Positions 30,396 through 44,741 of a stretch of DNA of 64,000 bases are shown here, one piece after another. The first letter of the stretch is position 1. Every line of letters begins with the position of its first letter. The notes under the pieces are model-generated. The model saw only the letters and a list, made by a program, of their open reading frames with translations. It searched no databases and was not told the DNA's origin. This DNA comes from Terriglobia bacterium (lineage in GTDB: Bacteria; Acidobacteriota; Terriglobia; 20CM-2-55-15), in contig CBDAOY010000009.1 of NCBI GenBank assembly GCA_965198225.1, forward strand, positions 32,001 to 96,000, written 5' to 3'. Both the position numbers and the translations under genes were made by a program.

Positions 30396-31043
30396 CTAGA
30401 GCAGTTGTTTGAGGTCCGCAGGCCGTTCGAGCCAGTACTCCGGTTCGTGAGGCTCCAGACTGTCCCGGGAGAAAGGCCCCCACATCGCGGCGGCCAGTCG
30501 CACCCTGGCCGCTCGACCCGATGCCATGTCGTGCGGGGAATCTCCGACGAACGTGGCTGCCTCGGGGCCCACGCCCAGCTGCTCCAGCGCCATCAAAACG
30601 GGTTCCGGGTGGGGTTTCGGGTTCTCGACATCGTCGGCTCCGATCAGCACGTCGAACATTCCGTCGTAGCCACCGATGGACAACCCCCGCTCCAGGCTTC
30701 CATGCATCTTGCTGGTGACTACCCCGAGCCTGAAGCCGGCTTCGCCGAGGGACCGAACGGCGTCGCAGACACCCGGGTAATGCTCGACCAGGTCGTCATG
30801 ATGTTTCAGGTTGTAGTCGACGTAGGTCGAGATCAGCTGTTGAATCTCATCGGCCTTCTCGGTGAATCTCCGGAACTGAACGCGGAGGGGAGTGCCGAGC
30901 ATCTCGAGCCATGCTTCATCGCTGATTGAAGGAAGCCCGTGCGTAGCGGTCGTGTGATGAAAGCTCTTGAGGATCAGGTCGACCGAGTCGATCAGCGTGC
31001 CGTCGAGGTCGAAAAGGATGGCGCGGTCCGGGGCCGGGGGCAT
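30396..31043 (-). CDS. HAD-family hydrolase (PpaX/Gph-like)
   Basis: LFDLDGTLIDS, VVTSK, KPHPEP, VGDSPHD. Confidence 0.9.
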   Translation of the reverse strand: MPPAPDRAILFDLDGTLIDSVDLILKSFHHTTATHGLPSISDEAWLEMLGTPLRVQFRRFTEKADEIQQLISTYVDYNLKHHDDLVEHYPGVCDAVRSLGEAGFRLGVVTSKMHGSLERGLSIGGYDGMFDVLIGADDVENPKPHPEPVLMALEQLGVGPEAATFVGDSPHDMASGRAARVRLAAAMWGPFSRDSLEPHEPEYWLERPADLKQLL

Positions 31044-31188
31044 GGCCTGAGTATAGCGCGACGTCAGTTTCCGATCCGAACCGCCCGGGAGTAGCCCACA
31101 ATCGGCTCCCACCGGGTACCCGTCGAGACGTTCTTTCGCATCATGACTCCTTTTCTCGTTTGGTCCAAACAGACTAACCGATCCGCGT

Positions 31189-31422
31189 TTGACCGACGAC
31201 AAAGCCGTTCACTATGATGTCGGGAAGGAGCGGATCGTGCCCTGCAAGTGTGTACAGATCAGCAAAGTCCCGCTGCCCGGCAAGGTTGTCGCCTACCAGT
31301 ACACCTTCAAGTGCACGATGAGTGACGGCCGCACCAGAAAAGCCACCCTTGTCGAATCCGACGACAAGCGCGCAAAGATGATCGCGGAGATCAAGGTCGG
31401 CCAGGCGTTGTCGAACGGGTAG
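31189..31422 (+). CDS. Small hypothetical protein
   Basis: Normal composition and codon usage; no recognised motif. Confidence 0.5.
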   Translation: MTDDKAVHYDVGKERIVPCKCVQISKVPLPGKVVAYQYTFKCTMSDGRTRKATLVESDDKRAKMIAEIKVGQALSNG

Positions 31423-31516
31423 AAAAGTTCGTCAAGCGGAACGATCCGCGAGAGAGCCACTGAGAGGGGGGCAGGGGCCTGGCCCTGTCCCCGGGTGTTG
31501 ACAAAGCAGAAACCTG

Positions 31517-31755
31517 AAACTCCCCTCCTTGGATAAGGAGGGGTGGATGCACCGCAGGTGCAGACGGGGTGGTTTGACAACGCCGGGGTGGATGCACCGC
31601 AGGCGCAGACGGGGTGGTTCGACAACTCCGGTGGATGCGCCGAATCAGACGGGGTGGTTTGATAACTCGGGGTGGATGCGCCGAAGGCGCATTTCTCTTG
31701 ATCAACACCACCCCGGCGCTTCGCGCCACCCCTCCTCATCTGAGGAGGGGAGTTT
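31517..31755. repeat. Composite REP/BIME-like array
   Basis: Outer IR AAACTCCCCTCCT...AGGAGGGGAGTTT enclosing four units of GGTGGATGC.CCG..G..GCAGACGGGGTGGTT (the last one partial). Confidence 0.85.
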
Positions 31756-31860
31756 GGAGGACTCCAATCTACAAAGCCTTCAATCCAGGGATAATCGGGC
31801 CATGATAGCGGCGACGCAATTCGCCGCGAATTGCTGGAGGCCGCCTCCCACGCTTTGCCG

Positions 31861-32070
31861 TCACGGCCGAACCAGGCGACCCAGGGGGGGCGTAGGCCCT
31901 TGTGCTGGACGGTACTCGAAGCCCAGCTCCCGCAGGTTGTTGATCATGGCTTCGTTGGCCGGCCCGAAAGTGCTGAACCGGTCTCCTTTGGCCGGGGCCG
32001 CCCCCTTCATCACGCGGGCGAGGACGAGCCCGTCGAGTTCCTCACCGGCTTCCAGGTGCTTGTAGTCCAT
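31861..32070 (-). CDS. Small hypothetical protein
   Basis: Typical codon usage; no motif. Confidence 0.45.
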   Translation of the reverse strand: MDYKHLEAGEELDGLVLARVMKGAAPAKGDRFSTFGPANEAMINNLRELGFEYRPAQGPTPPLGRLVRP

Positions 32071-32091
32071 AGGCAGATACTAGCAGGTAGA

Positions 32092-32116
32092 AAAAGGGCG
32101 GTCCGAAGACCGCCCG
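32092..32116 (-). terminator. Intrinsic terminator of the S9 peptidase gene
   Basis: GGGCGGTC-TTCG-GACCGCCC followed by a T run on the minus strand. Confidence 0.75.
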
Positions 32117-32139
32117 TCGAGGTCGAGACTGTTCCTATT

Positions 32140-34507
32140 CTAACTACCGCCTTGTGACTGACTTGTGGTCGTCCCCTCGCTATCCTCCTCCTCAGCCGGG
32201 AGCGTGTTCAACAGGTCTTCCCATTCGAACCAGCCGTCCTTCCCGTTGATCCACTTTTCCATCCAGTTGAACTCCGACACCATCTTGACCAGACGGTTGC
32301 GATTGCTCGTGATTCCGTGGGTGGTACCGTCTTCCCTTCCCGTTGATCCACTTTTCCATCCAGTTGAACTCCGACACCATCTTGACCAGACGGTTGCGAT
32401 TGCTCGTGATTCCGTGGGTGGTACCGGGATAGACGAAGAACTCTGTCGGCACACCGAGCTTCTTCAGGGCCATGTGCAGCTCTTCACTCTGCGGGCGCGG
32501 CACTCGCGGATCGCCGTGAACGACGTGGACCATCGTCGGTGTCTTCGCGTTGTTGATGTACTTGAGGGGCGAGATGTCCCAGAGCGCGTCGAAGTCGTCG
32601 TAGGGGAACGTACCGAAGTAGTTCTGGCGATTCCGTTGCACGTCGCTCTGCGCGTACATCGAGATCCAGTTCATGGTCCCCGCGCCCGATGATATGGCTT
32701 TGAAGCGGTCTGTGTGCGTCAGGATCCAGTTGGACCAGTGGCCACCAGCGCTCCACCCCATCGCTCCCAGCTTGTCGGGATCCACCATGCCTTCCTCGAT
32801 GAGGTGATCCACCCCGGCGATGATGTCCTCATAGCCCTGCCGGAAGTAGTCGCCGACAATCTCGGTCCGAAACTCCTCGCCGTAATTGCTCGAGCCGCGG
32901 TAGTTCGGAAGCAGACACATGTACCCGTTCGCGGCGTAAACATGGGAATAGTAGCCGTGGCTGGCGTTGAAGCTCAGGACGCTCGCCGAGGCCGGACCGC
33001 CGTGAATCTGAACGATCAGCGGATAGCGCCGGCCGGGCTCGTAGTCGAGCGGTTTGACCAGGACGCCCTCAACCATCCTGCCGTCAGTCGAGCGCCACTG
33101 GACGGCCTCGGTCTCGCCTAGCTGCAACCCATCAACCTGCGGGTTGGAATTCGTCAGGCGCTTCCAGTTCGAGCGGTCCCCGACCTGGTCGATGGACGAC
33201 ACGGTGTAGATACTGGCGGGCGTGACCGGGTCGGAATAGTTGATCGTTACGGTGTCGCTCACCCAGTCGTAGGTCGCCGACACCGACCCAGGCTCGTCGA
33301 CGAGACGCGTGACGGCGCCCGACTCCACGTCGACCGCCAGCAGACCACGGGTGGCGCCGAGGCCCGCGTTCGAGTAAATCGTAGAACCGTCCTGAGACCA
33401 GAAACTGCCCGGAACGCGCCCGTCGAATTCGCCGCCCAGCATCCTGAAGTCGCCGCCACGATCGCTGACTTGCCTGACCCAGATCTTCTGGTCGCGATTG
33501 TAGGTGAAATCGTTGGATGCCGAGAAAGCCAGCATCGAACTGTCCGACGAAAACTGAACGGTGCTCTCCCGGATCTCTTCGTTGTCGGTCAACCGTTCGA
33601 TCTCGCCGGTCTCCACCTCGAGCAGATAGTTGTCCGCGTGGATGCCTCGCTCGGTGACGGTCCGCATGTAACGGTCGTTGGGCGTGCCCTGGTAAGCGAT
33701 CCACTTTGAGTCTCGCGATATGGTCACGCCACTGACCGCGTAGTCGTTCGTGTCGGTCAGATGCTCCTTCTCCCGGGTGTTCATGTCGAACGACCAGAGG
33801 TGCTCGAGGGCGCGGTCTTCGTTGCGGATCATGACATCGAAGTTCTCCCTCATCCTTCTGCGGTTGCCATTATCCACGCTGTCGGGAGCGATGAAGTAGA
33901 CCCTCTGGCTGTCAGGAGCAAACTCCCACCAGACGACCGGAGCATGGTGATCGATGAGATGGACCGGTTCCGGATCATCGATTTCGGCCAGACGGATTGC
34001 CCAGACGCTGCGGTCGTCTTCCTTGCCGGCCGTGTAGGCGAGCCACTGCCCGTCGTAACTAAACGCGTACCGGCTGACGCCGTCCTTCGCGTCGGTGATG
34101 CGGCGCGATTCCCCTCCGTCGGGCCGCATCAGGAAAAGCTGGTTGTCCGAACCGTCCGACACCCGGTCGGAAGCAAAGACGAAGAAGCTGCTGTCGGTCG
34201 ACCATCTCGGATTGGTCTCGTTCTTGCCAGCCGTGTAGGTCATCTGGCGGGTCGAGTCGATTCCCTCTTCGAGGGAAACCAGATACAGGTCGGTGAAGTT
34301 CTTGCCCGACTCCCAGTCGGTGATCGATCGGGTGAACACCATCGAACTTCCGTCCGGACTGACCCTCGCGTTCCCGACCGACTGCATGTTGATGATGTCC
34401 ATGAAGGTCATCGGCCGCTTGTCCTGAGCCGTGCCGAGCGGAACCGACACGACCGCCAACAGCGCCGCAACCAGTGCAATAGTCCCAAGTCGACTCATCG
34501 TTTTCAT
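32140..34507 (-). CDS. S9 (prolyl oligopeptidase/acylaminoacyl peptidase) family protein; C-terminus frameshifted by a 97-bp duplication
   Basis: Signal peptide, beta-propeller, IHGGP, NYRGS, GWSAGG, DPRVP, HG; 92-bp exact repeat at 32238-32329 and 32335-32426. Confidence 0.9.
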
Positions 34508-34714
34508 AAGCTCGCGCCCGAACAGCGCCCTCCTCTTTGAATGGGTTTCGAGATAACAACGAGGATCGAAACTTAGGGAGAGGGAGTCAAGTAATTTCGG
34601 TGGGAAGAATCGGATTCACCACGGAGGCCCGAAGGCACGGAGGGATCTGGCGCTCAAAACGATCAGCCGTGCAGAGCGCGGCGGAGACGCCGCTGAGACA
34701 AGGCGCGCGACCAG

Positions 34715-35119
34715 CTACTCTACTACCATGCCGATAGACTTGACACGGCTCGTCACGATTCGGCGGCCGTCGTACTGGAACTCCAGGTTGAAGCCCAGGT
34801 AGATGCCGCGAAGCTTGAGGAAGGAGCCGCCCATGGAACTCCCGGCGAGGTGCACAGCGGTGCGTTCGGGGAAGAATTGACCTCCGCGGACCATCACTTC
34901 GCCGGAATGCTTGGAGAGAATCGTAATCTCGTAAGTGCTGTTTTCGGTCTTCACGCAGAGACAGTCGAGGTCGTCAAGGGTTTCGATCTGCAGGCCGTCG
35001 CTCCACTCCCTCTTGGACCAATTATCAAGGATGCCCTCGGCGTTGTGCCAAGCCGACCGGTCCGTACCGAGCGTCGGCCGGCCGATTATGGTCTTGGCCG
35101 TGCGTCCGAATGCATCCAT
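34715..35119 (-). CDS. Hypothetical protein
   Basis: GGAG RBS; compact beta-rich ORF (TENSTYEI...VRGGQFFPE...GSSMGGSFLK). Confidence 0.75.
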   Translation of the reverse strand: MDAFGRTAKTIIGRPTLGTDRSAWHNAEGILDNWSKREWSDGLQIETLDDLDCLCVKTENSTYEITILSKHSGEVMVRGGQFFPERTAVHLAGSSMGGSFLKLRGIYLGFNLEFQYDGRRIVTSRVKSIGMVVE

Positions 35120-35316
35120 CGCTGGCTCTCCGGGGGACAGTTTACTTTAGATGCGGGTAGAGTCCCACATCCTTTTCCCAGAAAGAATCCTTGCAGTTAG
35201 GGTACCAAACCAATCCTCTCGGACGCCAATCCCCGCGGTCCTGCGGGGATCCGGAGGCGGGGGCTAAGCCATTGATTGCAGGGCATGACTAGCTCATACT
35301 CGGATTACATAGAACG

Positions 35317-36687
35317 ATGCCCAACGAGAACCCGCTCGTCCGGTCGGTCCGCCAGACACTCCATAAGCACCGGCTGATTGACACAAGTGACACGATCCTG
35401 GTCGGAGTATCGGGTGGCGCCGATTCGGTCTGCCTTCTCCACATCCTGCATACTCTGGGACTCCGGATCGGGGTCGGCCATGTCAACCACGGGTGGCGAG
35501 GCCAGGCGTCGGACGACGACGAGCATTTCGTGCGCGAACTGGCGGCTCGACTCGACGTGCCCTTCCACACCCAGGAACCTGGCGTAGCGGGATCAGGCAA
35601 CCCGGAGGCCGAAGCCCGGACGGCCCGGAAGCGTTTTTTTGATCAATTACTTACAAGTGAGTCCTTTACTAAGGTTGCGCTGGCTCACTCGCGAAACGAC
35701 AGAAGCGAGACATTGCTTCTGAACCTACTCCGCGGGTCCGGCCCGGAAGGGCTGGTCGCGATGAGTGCCGTGACGGGACGTGTGATCCGGCCACTGATCG
35801 AATCCACCCGCGACGAGATCGAGGCCCACCTCCGAACCATCGGCCAACCCTGGCGCGATGACCGAACGAACAGCGATCTCGACTTTGCACGAAACCGCAT
35901 CCGACATGTCGTACTGCCGACGCTGGCGTCCGATTTCAATCCGAATCTGATTGACACACTGGCGCGAACCGTCGAGCTGCTTGCAGACGAGAACGAATGG
36001 ATGAAGCAGGCGATCGACGAGTGGCTCCTCGAACGCTGCCGGAAGGATGAGGCCGGCGTTGTGTTGCGCATCGATGATTTGGCTGGCCGCCCTGTCGGCT
36101 TTGTCAGGAGAGTCTTGAGGGAGTCCTTGAGGCGGTCCGGCTCCGCCCTCACCGACGTCGGCTTCGATCATCTCGAAAGTGTTCGGTCGCTACTCGAGCC
36201 GGGAAAAAGCGGCAAGGTCATCGAGCTGCCGGGCGCCATCGCCGTCGAACGCAATTTCGACACACTCGTCTTTGCCGAGGGGGTCGAAGCAAAGGCTGAC
36301 TACGAATACGAACTCGAGATTCCCGGGCGGGTTCACGTGCCTGAAATCGGTTGCGTGATCGAGGCCCGGCTCGCCAGCCCGGCCGACGGCAAACCCAGGC
36401 AGGGAAGGGCCTTGGTCGATGGTGAATCTCTGGGTCCCTGTGTTAGAATCCGTAATTGGAGAAATGGCGACTTTTATAGCCCTGTAGGACTTCCAGCGGC
36501 TACGCTGAAGAAGCTCTTCCAGAACGAACGGGTTCCGAGGAGACAGAGACACCGATTGCCGGTGTTGGTCGCGGAATCTTCGATCGTCTGGGTGGCCTCG
36601 TTCCCTGTTTCCCGCGAATTCGCCCCGACGGGCCATTCCCGAAGAATCATCGAATTCGAGGCTTTGCCGCAGGCTCCGGGAGAGTAG
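35317..36687 (+). CDS. tilS: tRNA(Ile)-lysidine synthetase
   Basis: VSGGADS PP-loop, HVNHGWR, AHSRND..ETLL, IRPL, RNRIRH, TilS_C region. Confidence 0.95.
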   Translation: MPNENPLVRSVRQTLHKHRLIDTSDTILVGVSGGADSVCLLHILHTLGLRIGVGHVNHGWRGQASDDDEHFVRELAARLDVPFHTQEPGVAGSGNPEAEARTARKRFFDQLLTSESFTKVALAHSRNDRSETLLLNLLRGSGPEGLVAMSAVTGRVIRPLIESTRDEIEAHLRTIGQPWRDDRTNSDLDFARNRIRHVVLPTLASDFNPNLIDTLARTVELLADENEWMKQAIDEWLLERCRKDEAGVVLRIDDLAGRPVGFVRRVLRESLRRSGSALTDVGFDHLESVRSLLEPGKSGKVIELPGAIAVERNFDTLVFAEGVEAKADYEYELEIPGRVHVPEIGCVIEARLASPADGKPRQGRALVDGESLGPCVRIRNWRNGDFYSPVGLPAATLKKLFQNERVPRRQRHRLPVLVAESSIVWVASFPVSREFAPTGHSRRIIEFEALPQAPGE

Positions 36688-36776
36688 AGTCGTTTGGGAG
36701 ACTGAGGAGTCTAAAGTAACAAAGCGACTTTAGACGAGCCCGGATTTCGTGAGGAATCCAGGCTTGGGGGATTTTA

Positions 36777-38693
<1,917 letters not shown>

Positions 38694-38776
38694 GCGTCGT
38701 TGCGCTTCTGTGAGCGCACTTTGCGAGGGGATGAAGATGTGCGGTCATAGACCGCACCTACACTGATGAAGCATCG

Positions 38777-38804
38777 GCCAGAAGCCACGGCTTCTGGCTT
38801 TTTT
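38777..38804 (+). terminator. Intrinsic terminator-like hairpin after ftsH
   Basis: GCCAGAAGCC-AC-GGCTTCTGGC-TTTTTT. Confidence 0.7.
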
Positions 38805-38814
38805 GTATCTACTG

Positions 38815-39687
38815 ATGCGCACACCCCGCACCTGGAAGCTCCCTCGAACATCATTCGAAATGGGCGAGCGTACGCTGGTGATGGGGATCCTGAACGTCAC
38901 ACCCGATTCATTCTCCGACGGCGGACTCTACAGCGACCCTTCGCGGGCTATCGAACGGGGCCGGGAGATCGAGGCGCAGGGCGCCGACATCCTCGACATC
39001 GGGGGGGAATCGACGAGACCGGGAAGCCAGCCCATCTCGGTGGACGAAGAGATCCGACGCGTCGTACCCGTCGTCGAACAACTCGCGCGGGTACTTCGAA
39101 TCCCTATCTCGGTCGACACCTACCGGGCCGAGGTCGCCCGACGGGCGATCGATGCGGGGGTCCAGGTCATCAACGACGTGGGCGGCCTCAGACTGGACCC
39201 CGAAATGGGACAGGTGGCGGCCGAAACACGCGTGGGGATCGTCCTGATGCACAGTCGCGGGGATCGCAGCGAACTCCACGTCCGTGACGGGGACCACTCT
39301 CCCGAAGCCGTGTGCAGCGAACTCTCTCAAACCATTGAAAGCGCTATCCAAGAAGGTATTGAACCCGCCTCGATAGTCGCCGACCCCGGTCTCGGCTTCG
39401 GTAAGAGCTCACGCGCCAGCCTAAAAATCTTAAAAAGCCTGGGTCTTTTTAGTACACTAGACTATCCACTATTAGTGGGCGTGTCCCGTAAGTCATTTAT
39501 AAAAATGAACATATCCGGCCCGGAGGTCGCGGTTTGGACTACCGCATCCGCCGTGGCTCTGGCCGTAGGAAACGGGGCCCACGCCATTCGTGTCCATGAT
39601 GTTGCTCAAATGAGAGCCGTGGCTCAAATGGCAGACGCAATCGAGCAGGAAGATTGGGGACGGCGACCGAATTCCCGGCATTCCTGA
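38815..39687 (+). CDS. folP: Dihydropteroate synthase
   Basis: MGILNVTPDSFSDGG, DIGGESTRPG, DPGLGFGK, SRKSF, RVHDV. Confidence 0.97.
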   Translation: MRTPRTWKLPRTSFEMGERTLVMGILNVTPDSFSDGGLYSDPSRAIERGREIEAQGADILDIGGESTRPGSQPISVDEEIRRVVPVVEQLARVLRIPISVDTYRAEVARRAIDAGVQVINDVGGLRLDPEMGQVAAETRVGIVLMHSRGDRSELHVRDGDHSPEAVCSELSQTIESAIQEGIEPASIVADPGLGFGKSSRASLKILKSLGLFSTLDYPLLVGVSRKSFIKMNISGPEVAVWTTASAVALAVGNGAHAIRVHDVAQMRAVAQMADAIEQEDWGRRPNSRHS

Positions 39688-39716
39688 GTTCGGTCTCCGT
39701 CCCCGAATTAAAACTG

Positions 39717-40526
39717 ATGTTGGGTGAATTACTGGCATTGCCGCCGATTGACGGATTCGCGATCCTCGATATTCTGATCGTCGCGTTCATCATCTATCAT
39801 ATTTTGGTATTGATGCGCGGAACGCGTGCGGTGCAGATGGCGCTCGGCCTGACCGTGGTCGTGGCCTTCTTCTACTTCTCCAGATACGGCCAGCTTGCGG
39901 CCCTTTCGTGGCTGCTGACGAACATCCTTCCCTACTTTGTTTTCGCCATCATCGTTATCTTCCAGGCCGAAATCCGCAGAGCGCTCACGCATTTCGGCAG
40001 GACTCCATTCCTGAGCGGCTTTTCGTCGATCAATCGCGGCGAGTTCTACGACGAGCTGGTCCTGGCTGCAACGACGCTGGCTTCGCGGAAGACGGGCGCG
40101 TTGATCGTCCTGGAACGCGACGTGGGGCTGAAGAATTACATCGAGAGCGGGATCGCGTTGGAATCGCTGGTGTCCTATGACATTCTCGTGACGATTTTCG
40201 ATCCCTCCGTCCCTCTTCATGACGGGGCCGCTATCGTGCAGAACGGTCGTGTCGCCGCCGCAGCCTGTTTCCTCCCGCTGACCGTGAATCCGCGCCTGAG
40301 CAAAGAACTGGGGACCCGCCACCGCGCAGCGATCGGCGTTACCGAGGAGACGGACGCGGTCGTGATCGTCGTGTCTGAGGAAAACGGGTCGATCTCGTTT
40401 GCGGCGAACGGCGAGATCATGCGCTTCCTCGATTCCGAGGGACTGCGGAGCCGACTACGCGACGCTTTTGAAAAGAAATCACCCGAGCAGCTTCACGAAG
40501 CGGTCACCTCGCCGGCCGAATCATAG
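39717..40526 (+). CDS. cdaA: Diadenylate cyclase CdaA
   Basis: Three TM segments, PLHDGA and GTRHRAA DAC motifs, VSEE. Confidence 0.95.
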   Translation: MLGELLALPPIDGFAILDILIVAFIIYHILVLMRGTRAVQMALGLTVVVAFFYFSRYGQLAALSWLLTNILPYFVFAIIVIFQAEIRRALTHFGRTPFLSGFSSINRGEFYDELVLAATTLASRKTGALIVLERDVGLKNYIESGIALESLVSYDILVTIFDPSVPLHDGAAIVQNGRVAAAACFLPLTVNPRLSKELGTRHRAAIGVTEETDAVVIVVSEENGSISFAANGEIMRFLDSEGLRSRLRDAFEKKSPEQLHEAVTSPAES

Positions 40527-40535
40527 GGTCAGGTC

Positions 40536-41468
40536 ATGCAGCTCCGGCAACTCATCACACGCAACTGGTTTCTGAAGGTGTTCTCGATCCTGCTCGCCAG
40601 TCTGCTGTGGCTCACGATCGCCAGCGAAACGAACTCTGTGATCAACCGGACCCTCGCATTGGAGTTTCAGAGCATCCCGGCCAACACGGAGATTACAGGA
40701 GAGACTGCCCGAGAAGTCGATCTGCAGCTGCGCGGCTCGTCGAACCTGCTCAACGAAATCTCGCCGGCCGACCTGGCCGCTGTGGTGTCGCTGGTCGGAC
40801 AGACCCCGGGTGAGAAGAACCTCCCCCTTTCGGCGCAGAACATCCAAACGCCCTTCGGCGTCGAGGTGCTTCGTGTCAACCCTCCGCGCGTCCAATTCAA
40901 TCTGGAGCGGACGCTGTCCCGGCAGCTGCCGGTCCGGGCAACGGTCGAGGGCGAACCTGCGGAGGATTACGTCGTGGTGGGCATTGTCGTCTCGCCGAGC
41001 ACGGTACAGGTGGTCGGACCAGAGTCCAGAATCCGACCACTCGAGTCGCTACCGACCACATCGATCCGAATCGACGGGCTGCGAGAGAGTGTTCGCGAAT
41101 CCGCGGATCTGAACGTCATGGATCCTTTGGTCCGGCTGCAATCGCTGTCGCCTTATGAGGTGATGATTCAGATCCTGGAAGTCGAAGTCGAGGACATCTA
41201 CACGATTACCCTGGATCCTTCTCTGGATCCGGAGCTGTGGTTCGTGCAGCCCTCGGAAATCGAGGTCACGATACGTGGGCCCAAGAGCCTGATGGCCGAG
41301 TACGAACCCGAGTTTGTCTATTTCACGATCGACACCGACAGTCTCTCACCGGGAAGCCAGGAAGTCATTCCACGAATCATCGGCGTCAATGAACCACTTT
41401 ACGCTGCGCTGACGGAACCCGAGAGCGTCGAGGTAATCGTCCGGCCGGAGGCGGCCGATCGTCCATGA
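40536..41468 (+). CDS. cdaR: CdaR/YbbR-domain protein
   Basis: NWFLKVFSILLASLLW anchor, repeated P..V.V.GP units; lies between cdaA and glmM. Confidence 0.88.
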   Translation: MQLRQLITRNWFLKVFSILLASLLWLTIASETNSVINRTLALEFQSIPANTEITGETAREVDLQLRGSSNLLNEISPADLAAVVSLVGQTPGEKNLPLSAQNIQTPFGVEVLRVNPPRVQFNLERTLSRQLPVRATVEGEPAEDYVVVGIVVSPSTVQVVGPESRIRPLESLPTTSIRIDGLRESVRESADLNVMDPLVRLQSLSPYEVMIQILEVEVEDIYTITLDPSLDPELWFVQPSEIEVTIRGPKSLMAEYEPEFVYFTIDTDSLSPGSQEVIPRIIGVNEPLYAALTEPESVEVIVRPEAADRP

Positions 41469-41553
41469 TGGCAGTGTAGGTGCGGTCTATGACCGCACAC
41501 ATCTAACCCGGACCATTTGTGCGCTCACAGAGCGCACCTACACGTAGATACTC

Positions 41554-42945
41554 TTGAACAAGCTATTTGGTACAGACGGGATTCGCGCTCGCGCCGGTCA
41601 GTTCCCGCTGGATGCAGCAACACTGCCGGCGATCGGACGGGCGATCGGGCTGGAACTGGGGCGCAAGATCATCGTTGGACAGGATCCTCGGGCTTCCAGC
41701 CCCTGGATACTGCAGCAACTGAGGGCGGGGCTCGACGGCACTAACGCGTCGATCGTCGACACCGGCGTTCTGCCCACCCCTGCGATCGCGCTGCTGACTC
41801 AGCAGTCGGACGCCGCTGGCGGCGTGATGATTTCTGCCTCCCACAATTCGTACTCGGACAACGGCATCAAGGTATTTGGCGCGAACGGCCGCAAGCTGGC
41901 CGATGCGGAAGAAGAGCGTCTCGAAAAACGCGTCCACAGTTTGTTCCCCGTCGAAGCAGCGGAAAGCCCGGCTAGTGATGTTCCGTCCGCAGCTCCCAGT
42001 GCGTCCCCGTGGCTCGAAAAATATCAGACGCTCCTCGCCGCCAGATTCCCCGACGGACGCTGGCTCGAGGGCTTTCGGCTGGCCGTCGACTGCGCGAACG
42101 GTGCGATGAGCGACGTCGCGCCGGATCTGCTCCGGCGAATGGGAGCGGACGTGTCGACCGTCAACGCGAGCCCATCGGGAACCAACATCAACGAAGGTTG
42201 CGGAGCGGTGCACCCACAAGCCCTGATCGAAGCGGTCCTGGAGCAAGAAGCTGACCTTGGCGTCGCGTTCGACGGCGACGGCGACCGCTCGATGTTCGTC
42301 GCCGGGAGCGGGAAACTGGTCGACGGAGACCCGATCCTTCTCTTGATCGCACGCCTGATGAGAAAGGATGGACGGCTCGACCCTCCCATCGTCATCGGTA
42401 CCTCCATGACCAACTACGGCCTCGAGCGGATCTTTGCCGACGAAAGTATCCGATTGACGCGGGTCGGCGTCGGTGACCGGTACGTGTTTCAAGAGATGCT
42501 GGACAGCGGCAGCGCGCTCGGCGGCGAGCCTTCCGGCCACATCATCTTCCCCGATTTCCGGCTATCGGGAGACGGGCTGCTGACGACTTTGAAGGTGTGT
42601 GAAGCCCTCGTCAAACAGAACGCCTCCTTGGATGACCTGACCGCCGACTGGGATCCGGCCCCCCAGCTTCTCCAGAATGTACCCGTCGAGAGAAAAGTAC
42701 CGCTCGAGGGAATGCCTTCGGTGACCGCTCGAATCGGCGAGATCGCTCGCGAACTGGAGGGACGGGGGCGGATCGTCGTGCGCTATTCAGGCACCGAATC
42801 TCTGCTGCGCGTGATGATCGAGAGCGACTCCGCACCGCGGAACGAACGGCTTGCCGGTGAGCTGATCGCGCTAGTCCGTCGCGAACTGCCGAAAGTGTTT
42901 CAAACGGACGAAAATAAAGGGCAAGAACACCGATCCGGCGCTTGA
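41554..42945 (+). CDS. glmM: Phosphoglucosamine mutase
   Basis: LFGTDGIR, MISASHN, DGDGDR, GGEPSGH, RYSGTE. Confidence 0.95.
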   Translation: MNKLFGTDGIRARAGQFPLDAATLPAIGRAIGLELGRKIIVGQDPRASSPWILQQLRAGLDGTNASIVDTGVLPTPAIALLTQQSDAAGGVMISASHNSYSDNGIKVFGANGRKLADAEEERLEKRVHSLFPVEAAESPASDVPSAAPSASPWLEKYQTLLAARFPDGRWLEGFRLAVDCANGAMSDVAPDLLRRMGADVSTVNASPSGTNINEGCGAVHPQALIEAVLEQEADLGVAFDGDGDRSMFVAGSGKLVDGDPILLLIARLMRKDGRLDPPIVIGTSMTNYGLERIFADESIRLTRVGVGDRYVFQEMLDSGSALGGEPSGHIIFPDFRLSGDGLLTTLKVCEALVKQNASLDDLTADWDPAPQLLQNVPVERKVPLEGMPSVTARIGEIARELEGRGRIVVRYSGTESLLRVMIESDSAPRNERLAGELIALVRRELPKVFQTDENKGQEHRSGA

Positions 42946-42970
42946 CAGAATCCCCGCAGCCGCGTACTAT
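42942..42970 (+). promoter_or_regulatory. Sigma70 promoter, probable rrn promoter
   Basis: TTGACA, 17 bp, TACTAT; boxA-like GCTCTTTGACAA at about 43126. Confidence 0.75.
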
Positions 42971-43211
42971 CCTCTGATGCGCCTGCGCACATGGAGTTAT
43001 CGTGCGCAGGGTGGCGAAAAGGAACCGCCGAGCAATACCCTGGCGGTTTTTTTTAGCCCCTTCAACACTCCCCAAACTTCGTTTTGAGGGGTGTCGCAGC
43101 GCTTATTTGAGGCCTGGAGCCCCAAGCTCTTTGACAACAGAAAGCGTGCCTAAAAGTCGAATAACTGAGTCTTTTAGCTGACAAGCGATGTATCTGAACT
43201 TTCAAAAGTCT

Positions 43212-44741
<1,530 letters not shown>

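Noticed and set aside
31517-31755. Possible CRISPR array
   Set aside because: Units are degenerate, the spacers are about 10 bp and similar to each other, and no cas genes are present
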